DNA of 20,477 nt, taken from positions 3,926-24,402 of the forward strand of contig CAYOTZ010000004.1 in assembly GCA_964407035.1 (NCBI GenBank), written 5' to 3'. The notes beneath the pieces were generated by a model, which searched no databases, had not been told where the DNA came from, and worked only from the letters and a program-made list of their open reading frames with translations. The position numbers and the translations under genes were made by a program. The stretch comes from an uncultured Methanosarcinales archaeon (GTDB lineage Archaea; Nanobdellota; Nanobdellia; Woesearchaeales; B29-G15). Below, one piece after another: positions 1 to 6,035 of the stretch (position 1 is its first letter; each line of letters starts with the position of its first letter).

Positions 1-552
1 AAGCTTGCCATTAATCTTAGGAACTTCAAGCAGATACTAAAGAGAGCAAAGCCAACAGACATGGTAACTCTGGAGCTTGAAGACGAGAACATGCTGAATA
101 TAACACTAAAGAGCAGCACAACAAGAACCTTTTCACTGCCCATAATAGACATAGAGGAGTCAGAACAAAAGGCACCCAGTTTGAAATTCCCTGTTGCTAT
201 AAAGACAGACGCCTCGCGGCTGTCAGAAGCAATTGAGGATGTGGATGTAGTAGCCGATTCTGTGTTGTTTGAGGCAGAGAAAGAGCAGTTTACATTATCT
301 GCCAAGGGCGACTTGAGCAAGGTAAATATAGTAATCAAGCCAGACCAGAATACAGAAATACATCTTGAAGATGATAAGAAGTACAAAGCAAAGTACTCGA
401 TAGAATATCTCAAAAAGATGATAGCAGGAGGAAAACTTGCTGAGCAAGTGACATTACAGTTTGATAATGACTATCCACTAAAACTGGAGTATAAGGCAGT
501 TGACAAACTCATACTCTCATTCATACTCGCTCCAAGGATTGAAAACGAGTAA
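1..552 (+). CDS. pcn: DNA polymerase sliding clamp (PCNA), 5'-truncated by the window edge
   Basis: Frame 1 is open from base 1: KLAINLRNFKQILKRAKPTD precedes the listed Met at 61. The 163-aa ORF is therefore the C-terminal part of a longer protein. 'KYSIEYLKKM' and the C-terminal 'LSFILAPRIE' resemble archaeal PCNA. Stop TAA at 550-552. Confidence 0.85.
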   Translation, partial: KLAINLRNFKQILKRAKPTDMVTLELEDENMLNITLKSSTTRTFSLPIIDIEESEQKAPSLKFPVAIKTDASRLSEAIEDVDVVADSVLFEAEKEQFTLSAKGDLSKVNIVIKPDQNTEIHLEDDKKYKAKYSIEYLKKMIAGGKLAEQVTLQFDNDYPLKLEYKAVDKLILSFILAPRIENE

Positions 553-602
553 TTTATCTACAGCCAAAACTAGCACCTTTGTCTTACTTTGCTAAACATC
601 AG

Positions 603-616
603 AAAAATTATTAAAC
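603..616 (+). promoter_or_regulatory. AT-rich TATA-like element upstream of the 84-aa ORF
   Basis: 'aaaaattattaaac' is centred ~30 nt upstream of the ATG at 641. It is less canonical than the other TATA boxes in the window. Confidence 0.3.
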
Positions 617-622
617 AAGAAG

Positions 623-639
623 TTACATAGCTTATGTAA
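623..639. promoter_or_regulatory. Perfect 7-3-7 inverted repeat (TTACATA-gct-TATGTAA) abutting the start codon at 641
   Basis: Read directly: ttacata at 623-629, gct at 630-632, tatgtaa at 633-639. It lies between the TATA-like element and the ATG. It could be an operator or a 5'-end hairpin. Confidence 0.4.
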
Positions 640-640
640 A

Positions 641-895
641 ATGGCAGAGCAAGAGGTTGGTAAGATAACACACTACTTCACCAAGATAGGCGTTGCTGTG
701 GTCGAGCTCAGCGGCACATTGCGGGTGGGTGACACAATACACATAAAGGGTGCCACAACTAATTTCACCCAGAATGTGGATTCAATGCAAATAGAGCACC
801 AGCCAGTAGAAGAAGCGAAAGCAGGTCAATCAATAGGGTTGAAAGTTGCTGAGCATGTGAGAGAACACGACACTGTGTTCAAGGTAATAGAGTAG
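641..895 (+). CDS. Small stand-alone EF-Tu domain-II-like beta-barrel protein ('translation elongation factor-like protein'), function unknown
   Basis: The 84-aa protein 'GKITHYFTKIGVAVVELSGTLRVGDTIHIKGATTNFTQNVDSMQIEHQPVEEAKAGQSIGLKV' has the pattern of the translation-protein beta-barrel (GTP_EFTU_D2-like). There is no GTPase domain. It starts with ATG and stops with TAG. Confidence 0.6.
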   Translation: MAEQEVGKITHYFTKIGVAVVELSGTLRVGDTIHIKGATTNFTQNVDSMQIEHQPVEEAKAGQSIGLKVAEHVREHDTVFKVIE

Positions 896-901
896 TTGGA
901 T

Positions 902-1576
902 TTACCTGTAGTAAAGCTTGTGTCTCTCTTTGTACCAGGCAACAAAGCATAGTTCTATAGCCAAGAGCAAAGCGAACTCGCAGAGCACGCTTGGAAACTG
1001 AAGCTTAAATCCCGGCAGGAATATCAAGAAAAGATAAGTTGGCACTACAAACATGGCAATACCTAAAATGCCGAGGTAGAACAATCTCTTTTCAACCTCG
1101 CTTTTTGCATTGGCAGCTGCGAAATAGAAAAGCACCACAGCTGCAAACAGATAAGTGAGATAGTAAAGACCATAAAACTTGCCGAGCAGCGGGTGCAGGT
1201 AATACTGGATAAACACTGATTGGCAAGTTGCAGCGCTCTTGAAGCTCCACGGAAGCGAGAATGCAACGACAAAGAAAACAGCTGGTAAGTATATCATTGC
1301 GTGCAGGTGCCATTTAAGCCGCTTTCTCCACATAATTAGTGCATAAGTGATAGCCATTGCAGGTAGCACAGCTGTAACTGCAAAAGCGCTTCTGGTGAAC
1401 AACCCTGTAGTGGTTGTGCATATAAAGAACTCGTTCAGCTGATAAATGCCGAGTGAAAGTGAAAGCAGAGCAATAAAGCGGTTCAGCTTGTCTTTTGAGT
1501 CCAGCAAAAAGAAGTATACTGCAAGAAGTAACTCTACAATGAATGTTGAAACAGAGATATAAGGTGCAAAGCACAT
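902..1576 (-). CDS. Hypothetical integral membrane protein (~7 predicted TM helices)
   Basis: The 224-aa ORF has seven hydrophobic ~20-aa stretches separated by short polar or basic loops (e.g. 'WRKRLKWH', 'NAKSEVEKR'). No catalytic motif was recognised. The ATG at 1576 lies 24 nt downstream of a TTTAAATA box. Confidence 0.6.
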   Translation of the reverse strand: MCFAPYISVSTFIVELLLAVYFFLLDSKDKLNRFIALLSLSLGIYQLNEFFICTTTTGLFTRSAFAVTAVLPAMAITYALIMWRKRLKWHLHAMIYLPAVFFVVAFSLPWSFKSAATCQSVFIQYYLHPLLGKFYGLYYLTYLFAAVVLFYFAAANAKSEVEKRLFYLGILGIAMFVVPTYLFLIFLPGFKLQFPSVLCEFALLLAIELCFVAWYKERHKLYYR

Positions 1577-1579
1577 AGC

Positions 1580-1591
1580 TCTTGACGAAGC
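1580..1591. repeat. Copy 1 of the 12-nt direct repeat TCTTGACGAAGC, between the TATA box and the ATG of the 7-TM gene
   Basis: An exact 12-mer is shared with 1791-1802, 211 bp away. It is GC-balanced in an otherwise AT-rich spacer. Confidence 0.5.
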
Positions 1592-1600
1592 TACATGCCA

Positions 1601-1608
1601 TATTTAAA
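1601..1608 (-). promoter_or_regulatory. Archaeal TATA box (TTTAAATA on the minus strand) for the 7-TM membrane protein gene
   Basis: Plus-strand 'tatttaaa' equals minus-strand TTTAAATA. It is preceded on the minus strand by the A-rich BRE-like 'acaaaaacc', and 24 nt separate it from the ATG at 1576. This implies a leaderless or near-leaderless transcript. Confidence 0.6.
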
Positions 1609-1790
1609 GGTTTTTGTATCAAGGGTGCTGTTAACTTATTGTTGGCGTAACATGTGGCAAAAACAAATCTATGAAAATATTAAAATAAGAAGCATTCCTG
1701 TAATAAAGCCAGTTAGATAGAATAAATTACCAATTTTCCAATCATTAGCCACTTCCCTAAAAATCTTGTTAAAAAAATATTATCAACAGT

Positions 1791-1802
1791 TCTTGACGAA
1801 GC
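1791..1802. repeat. Copy 2 of the 12-nt direct repeat TCTTGACGAAGC
   Basis: Exact match to 1580-1591. It lies inside the ~390-bp non-coding AT-rich spacer. Confidence 0.5.
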
Positions 1803-2008
1803 CAAAACAAAATATGCCAAAGGCAGAAAGCAGAGGTGCCATAATTTCAATTTTTAATGAGGAAGCAATTTCATATAACCACTAACTTCCGAACTTTTTA
1901 TTCGTATAATTCCCCGAATAATAGTTAAAACGAAATTAAAATTTTTATAAACTTTTTTAAAATTAAAAAGCAAAATACTGTCCGCTTAACCTTTTGTTAT
2001 TTATTAAG

Positions 2009-2013
2009 AAAAA
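2009..2013 (-). terminator. Oligo-T (T5 on the minus strand) immediately after the methyltransferase stop codon
   Basis: On the minus strand the sequence reads TAA-TTTTT-CTTAATAAATAAC. Archaeal RNA polymerase terminates at oligo-T tracts. Confidence 0.3.
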
Positions 2014-2847
2014 TTACTCAAGCTTTACTGCATATTTTATCATTACATCACCTAAACCCAACTTACCTGCCCACTCGTTAACAACCTGTTTTAGCTGAGA
2101 TGTAACAGGTGAAAGGCTAGCTCTCCAAATCCCCAGCTGCTTTACTAAACCCTCAACAAAACCATCATGCTTTGTTCGAATGATTTTAAAACCCACAATT
2201 CTAAGCACTTCATCCAGTGTTGCAGAGGAATAATAAAAGTTATGGTCATCTTGGAACAATCTCCAATGCTTACCAAAGATTCTTGCTTGAATTGAGCCTA
2301 TATCGCCTGTTTCAACAACCAATAAACCACCAGGGACGAGTAGTTCTGCCGCTTTCCTCAAAGCTGCTTTGGGATCATACATATGTTCTAAGGAAGCCCA
2401 AAAAGTAACCGCACTAAATCTTTCTGAAATGTCAGTTTCAAGGAAATCGCCTTGGTAAACTTCTAATCCTAAACTTCTCGCATAATCGGCAGCTACAGAC
2501 GACAACTCCACTCCCACTGTTTGAATTCCTCTATTTTGAGCTTCATAAAGAAAGTAACCCAACCCAGTGCCAACATCCAGAATTCTATCCATAGGCATTA
2601 TAGAACAAATCACATCAAGCCTTTTAGATGCCTCTAACAACCTGAAACTTCTCCCTTTGGCATATTCCGACTCTGCTACATTGCTGCCCTGCCCTTTGAA
2701 AAATTCGTCATAATGCTTTTTTGCTTCTTCCTTGCTCATCGGATTATCCAAATAAACCAGACCGCAGTTTTTGCATTTAACAACTCTGAAATTTCCATTA
2801 AGAAAGTAAAGTTCGCTTGAATCACTCTCACAGGTGTTGCATTTCAT
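2014..2847 (-). CDS. Class I SAM-dependent methyltransferase with an N-terminal Cys4 zinc ribbon
   Basis: The N-terminus 'CNTC...x18...CKNC' forms a zinc ribbon. SAM-binding motif I is 'ILDVGTGLGYFL', followed by the acidic post-I residue in 'GVELS' and by 'LVPGGLLVV'. This is a Methyltransf_11/23-like architecture. The substrate cannot be assigned. Confidence 0.75.
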   Translation of the reverse strand: MKCNTCESDSSELYFLNGNFRVVKCKNCGLVYLDNPMSKEEAKKHYDEFFKGQGSNVAESEYAKGRSFRLLEASKRLDVICSIMPMDRILDVGTGLGYFLYEAQNRGIQTVGVELSSVAADYARSLGLEVYQGDFLETDISERFSAVTFWASLEHMYDPKAALRKAAELLVPGGLLVVETGDIGSIQARIFGKHWRLFQDDHNFYYSSATLDEVLRIVGFKIIRTKHDGFVEGLVKQLGIWRASLSPVTSQLKQVVNEWAGKLGLGDVMIKYAVKLE

Positions 2848-2880
2848 AATATTTCACTTTTTGACTGTAGTAACAAATCA

Positions 2881-2890
2881 TTTTTAAAAG
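2881..2890 (-). promoter_or_regulatory. TATA-like element for the methyltransferase gene
   Basis: The minus strand reads 'cttttaaaaa', centred ~38 nt upstream of the ATG at 2847. An SD-like 'AGTGA' lies ~9 nt upstream of the ATG, suggesting a short leader. Confidence 0.35.
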
Positions 2891-2918
2891 TTGTGCTAGA
2901 AACAAACAATCGCAAACC

Positions 2919-2928
2919 TTTTAAATAC
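2919..2928 (+). promoter_or_regulatory. Archaeal BRE/TATA promoter (caaacc-TTTTAAATAc) of the arsR-like operon
   Basis: TTTAAATA lies at 2920-2927, exactly 20 nt before the ATG at 2948. This is the same spacing as at the eL34 gene. It predicts a transcription start at or within a few nt of the ATG, i.e. a leaderless transcript. Confidence 0.65.
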
Positions 2929-2929
2929 A

Positions 2930-2949
2930 ATATGAATTCTGATTCATAT
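2930..2949. promoter_or_regulatory. Perfect 8-4-8 palindrome ATATGAAT-tctg-ATTCATAT overlapping the predicted TSS and start codon; candidate operator of the ArsR-like regulator
   Basis: Read directly: 2930-2937 is the reverse complement of 2942-2949. It lies between the TATA box and the first codon of a winged-helix repressor-type gene. Confidence 0.5.
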
Positions 2950-3268
2950 GCCTGAGAACCATTACCATCGCTTCTTCGAGCTATTTGCTACTCCCTTGAG
3001 GATTGAGATAATAAAGCAGTTAAAGCTCAAAGGCAGTATGAACGTCACTCAGATATGCCACGCTTTGGGTGAAGAGCAGAGCAAAGTCAGCCATAATCTC
3101 AAGCGTCTGCTATTGTGCAATATAGTAAGGGTAAACCAAATGGGTAACTTTAGATACTACGAGTTGAACAAGGACACGATACTACCATTGCTCCAGTTGA
3201 TTGACAAGCATGTGCAAACATGGTGCAAAGAATGCCAATTAGAAAGGAGAAAAAAAGGCTATGGCTGA
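2948..3268 (+). CDS. ArsR/SmtB-family winged-helix transcriptional regulator
   Basis: The 106-aa protein 'ATPLRIEIIKQLKLKGSMNVTQICHALGEEQSKVSHNLKRLLLCNIVRVNQMGNFRYYELN' follows the ArsR HTH plus wing pattern. It has four Cys, including a C-terminal 'WCKEC'. Its stop overlaps the next ATG by 8 nt (ATGGCTGA). Confidence 0.8.
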   Translation: MPENHYHRFFELFATPLRIEIIKQLKLKGSMNVTQICHALGEEQSKVSHNLKRLLLCNIVRVNQMGNFRYYELNKDTILPLLQLIDKHVQTWCKECQLERRKKGYG

Positions 3269-4121
3269 GCAAATCGAAACCAAGGTTAAGCAGACGATAC
3301 AAGAATACAAGCTATTCACCAAACAAGATAGAGTGGCAGTTGCTGCGTCTGGCGGCAAGGACAGCTCAAGCTTGTTATATATACTGAAGCATCTCGGTTA
3401 CAACATAACAGCCGTAACAGTAGATGCGCACATAGGCAATTACACAGCAGAGAACCTTGCCAATCTTAGAGCTTTTTGCAAGGAGCATGGCATTAAGCTG
3501 GTAGAGCTTTCTTTCAGAGAGGAATTTGGTGGCTCACTAGGCCATATACTGTCGCATCTACACTCAAATGGTGTAAAGCTAAACAGTTGCTCTGTATGTG
3601 GTGTGTTGAGACGCTATATAATCAACAAGTTCGCCAGATGCAATAGCTTTAGCATAGTAGCCACAGGCCACAACATGGATGACGAAGCAGAAGCAACACT
3701 GATGAATATATTCAGGAACGACATAGCGAGGTTTGCACGCCAGGGCGTAATCCCGGGCATAACCTGGCACGAGGGTTTTGTCCAAAGAGTAAAGCCCCTG
3801 TATTTCTGCTCAGAATTAGAGATAACTGCTTTCTCCAAGAAGCACAAGCTGCCTGTAAAATATGGCAGATGCCCATACGCATCTAACGCGTACAGGTTCC
3901 ATGTCCGCAAATTCATTAATGCTATGGAAAAGCTCAATAAAAATGTTAAGCACAATACAATAGGTTTTGTAACAGAAAAGGCAGAGAGGTTGCACAATAA
4001 GTTCAGCTTTGAAATCAAACATTGCAAGTTCTGTGGCGAGCCGACGAGCACAGAGATATGCAAAACATGCCAGTTAATAAGCATGATAAATGGTGATGAA
4101 AATGCGCGTGTATCTGGATAA
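3261..4121 (+). CDS. PP-loop ATP pyrophosphatase of the TtcA/TtuA/NcsA (Ncs6/Ctu1) family: putative [4Fe-4S]-dependent tRNA sulfurtransferase
   Basis: The PP-loop 'SGGKDS' lies at aa 30-35. The three-Cys cluster-ligand pattern is 'CSVCGVLRR' (C110, C113) plus 'RCPYA' (C204). 'GHNMDDEAEATLMNIF' and 'RVKPL' are also present. A C-terminal zinc finger 'CKFC...CKTC' is present, and there is no N-terminal zinc finger. The tRNA position targeted cannot be assigned from sequence. Confidence 0.8.
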   Translation: MAEQIETKVKQTIQEYKLFTKQDRVAVAASGGKDSSSLLYILKHLGYNITAVTVDAHIGNYTAENLANLRAFCKEHGIKLVELSFREEFGGSLGHILSHLHSNGVKLNSCSVCGVLRRYIINKFARCNSFSIVATGHNMDDEAEATLMNIFRNDIARFARQGVIPGITWHEGFVQRVKPLYFCSELEITAFSKKHKLPVKYGRCPYASNAYRFHVRKFINAMEKLNKNVKHNTIGFVTEKAERLHNKFSFEIKHCKFCGEPTSTEICKTCQLISMINGDENARVSG

Positions 4122-5241
4122 TGGTGCCACAACCAGAACAGCACCAGAGGTTGTAAAGGCAATGGAACCCTATTTCACAGAGATGTATGGTAATGCAAAC
4201 TCTCTGCACAGCTTCGGCGAGGAAGCGAGAAGTGCTGTAGATAAAAGTCGCAGCTGTATAGCAGAATTCATAAAGGCTGCAGCTGATGATATTATTTTCA
4301 CATCTGGCGGTACAGAATCAGACAACATAGCAATACAGGGAGTAGCAACTGCCCTGCGTGATAGGGGCAATCACATCATAACCTCAAAGATAGAGCATCC
4401 TGCTGTCCTAGAAACCTGCAGAGCACTCGAAAAGCAGGGCTACAAAGTTACTTATCTTGATGTAGACAGATACGGTTTTGTGGACCTACAACAGTTAGAA
4501 GAGAGCATTACCAAGCAGACAATACTGGTAACAATAATGTTTGCAAACAATGAGATAGGCACTATACAACCAGTAGCCAGGATAGGCGAAATATGCCACA
4601 AGCACAATGTTTATTTCCACACAGATGCTGTCCAAGCACTGGGCAAACTGCCAATAGATGTGAAAAAGTTGAAAATAGATATGCTCTCTGCATCTGCACA
4701 CAAACTTCACGGCCCAAAAGGCATTGGTTTCCTATACAAGAGGAAGGGGGTAAAGCTAAAACCAATAATTTATGGAGGGGGCCATGAATTCGGGTTGCGT
4801 TCAGGAACAACCAACACAACAGGCATTGTAGGGTTCGCTAAGGCATTACAACTCTGCGAACAGCCCAGCAGGATGACAGAGCTGCGCGACAAGCTGATAA
4901 AAGAGCTTCTCAAAATACCAGACACAATTCTCAACGGCCACCCAACAGAGCGGCTGCCTAACAATGTTAATGTGACTTTTAAGTTCATAGAAGGTGAGTC
5001 ATTACTGCTCATGCTAGACCGCTACGGGATCGCTGTTTCGACAGGCTCTGCATGCTCCTCACACAAACTCGAGCCCTCGCATGTGCTGTTAGCCATAGGT
5101 CTAAAGCCAGAGGAAGCTCACGGCTCTTTGAGAATCACCTTAAGCAGATACACCACAGAGGAAGAGATTGACTATTTCATAGACAAAGTAAAAAAGGTTG
5201 TAAATGAATTGAGAGAGCTAAGTCCCTTCAAATCCAAATGA
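4102..5241 (+). CDS. iscS: Cysteine desulfurase (IscS/NifS type, PLP-dependent)
   Basis: 'MRVYLDNGATT', the PLP-lysine motif 'SASAHKLHGPKG' and the catalytic Cys loop 'STGSACSS' are all present. The ORF opens at 4090. The ATG at 4102 is preferred because it gives the usual N-terminus and follows the SD-like GGTGA at 4092-4096. The gene overlaps the 3' end of the upstream gene by ~20 nt. Confidence 0.9.
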   Translation: MRVYLDNGATTRTAPEVVKAMEPYFTEMYGNANSLHSFGEEARSAVDKSRSCIAEFIKAAADDIIFTSGGTESDNIAIQGVATALRDRGNHIITSKIEHPAVLETCRALEKQGYKVTYLDVDRYGFVDLQQLEESITKQTILVTIMFANNEIGTIQPVARIGEICHKHNVYFHTDAVQALGKLPIDVKKLKIDMLSASAHKLHGPKGIGFLYKRKGVKLKPIIYGGGHEFGLRSGTTNTTGIVGFAKALQLCEQPSRMTELRDKLIKELLKIPDTILNGHPTERLPNNVNVTFKFIEGESLLLMLDRYGIAVSTGSACSSHKLEPSHVLLAIGLKPEEAHGSLRITLSRYTTEEEIDYFIDKVKKVVNELRELSPFKSK

Positions 5242-5251
5242 GGTTTTGAAA

Positions 5252-5626
5252 ATGTACTCGGAAAAGGTCATGGAGCATTTCACTAACCCAAGAAACAAGG
5301 GCAAACCAAAGAGCTACGACGCTGTCGGTAAGGTAGGCAACCCGGTCTGTGGTGATGTCATGTTCATTTACATAAAAGTAAAAGACAACATGATAGCAGA
5401 CATAGGATTTGAAACAATGGGCTGCGCAGCTGCAATAGCGACAAGCTCGATGGTAACAGAGCTGGCAAAGGGCAAAACACTGGAGGAAGCTATGAAAATC
5501 ACAAGGGAAGACATTGCAGAGGCGTTGGAAGGGCTACCGCCAATAAAGATGCACTGTTCAAACCTTGCAGCAGATGGCTTGAGAAAAGCGATAGAGAACT
5601 ACAGAAAGAAACAGGGTAACAAGTAA
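5252..5626 (+). CDS. iscU: Fe-S cluster assembly scaffold IscU/NifU-N
   Basis: The three conserved Cys lie in 'NPVCGD', 'MGCAAAIATS' and 'LPPIKMHCSNLA'. The listed start at 5246 is TTG. The ATG at 5252 follows GAGG at 5240-5243 at SD distance. Confidence 0.9.
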   Translation: MYSEKVMEHFTNPRNKGKPKSYDAVGKVGNPVCGDVMFIYIKVKDNMIADIGFETMGCAAAIATSSMVTELAKGKTLEEAMKITREDIAEALEGLPPIKMHCSNLAADGLRKAIENYRKKQGNK

Positions 5627-5630
5627 AGAA

Positions 5631-6035
5631 TTATTTAGAGTTTTTCTTGGATTTGGGCTTGGCTGACTGCTTCTTTCTCGTGGCAGCTGGCTTTTGCTCC
5701 TCTTTCGGCTTTTTTGCAGCTGGTTTTGTTGTTTTTTTCTGTTCTGGTTTCTTTTCCTTTGCTTCTTCTTTCTTCCCAGCTCTCGCTTTGAAACCCCTCT
5801 TTTCTTTCACAGGCAAACCCGCCTTCTTGAATGCAGCTGTCACATCATTGTAGCTTGCATCCTCTTTAATATCTAATTTCTGCTTTTGGGGATGTAAATG
5901 CTTAACATTACACTTGCGCCTCCTCACATTGCCTTCAATTACGACAAAACTCTCATCAAGCATCTTGACAATAACGCAATAATTGCCAGCATCTCTTCCT
6001 GCTATCTTGACACACACTCTTCCAATGTCAAACAT
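5631..6035 (-). CDS. rpl14e: Ribosomal protein eL14 (L14e) with a ~55-aa Lys/Pro/Ala/Glu-rich C-terminal tail
   Basis: The KOW-like 'FDIGRVCVKIAGRDAGNYCVIV' is present. The listed start at 6044 is GTG. The ATG at 6035 is preceded by the SD-like AGGTG and overlaps the eL34 stop (ATGTTTGA). The tail is 'KKEEAKEKKPEQKKTTKPAAKKPKEEQKPAATRKKQSAKPKSKKNSK'. Confidence 0.85.
   Translation of the reverse strand: MFDIGRVCVKIAGRDAGNYCVIVKMLDESFVVIEGNVRRRKCNVKHLHPQKQKLDIKEDASYNDVTAAFKKAGLPVKEKRGFKARAGKKEEAKEKKPEQKKTTKPAAKKPKEEQKPAATRKKQSAKPKSKKNSK
5641..5645 (+). terminator. Oligo-T tract downstream of iscU, lying inside the 3' end of the convergent eL14 gene
   Basis: After the TAA at 5624-5626 the sequence reads 'agaattatttagagTTTTTctt'. 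The only T-run available for termination lies within the opposing coding region. Confidence 0.3.

Noticed and set aside
1-6. AAGCTT (a HindIII site) at the very start of the window, considered as a sign of a clone end or vector junction.
   Set aside because: Several other AAGCTT sites occur inside the window, and the flanking sequence is in-frame PCNA coding sequence. Nothing biological can be concluded.
1063-1622. Alternative-frame minus-strand ORFs (1063-1272, 1092-1313, 1314-1622) overlapping the 7-TM gene.
   Set aside because: They are out of frame with a longer ORF that has coherent transmembrane periodicity and a TATA box at the correct distance. Their sequences are Cys/Arg/Ser-rich and look like noise.
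1783-1885. Tiny ORFs in the spacer: 19 aa 'MAPLLSAFGIFCFGFVKNC' on the minus strand (1842-1783) and 23 aa 'MPKAESRGAIISIFNEEAISYNH' on the plus strand (1814-1885).
   Set aside because: ORFs of this length are expected by chance. They have no convincing TATA or SD at the correct distance and no recognisable motif.
1620-2013. The AT-rich spacer considered as a replication origin, given nearby PCNA, an AT-rich unwinding-like stretch and repeats.
   Set aside because: There is no orc1/cdc6 gene in the window. There is no array of inverted ORB or mini-ORB-like elements, and only two direct 12-mers are present. The evidence is insufficient.
3579-4370. Minus-strand ORFs (3614-4162 at 182 aa, 3579-3785, 3816-4022, 4015-4209, 4170-4370) opposite the thiolase and iscS genes.
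   Set aside because: The plus-strand frames carry complete PP-loop and PLP-desulfurase motif sets. The antisense products have no recognisable features and no upstream signals.
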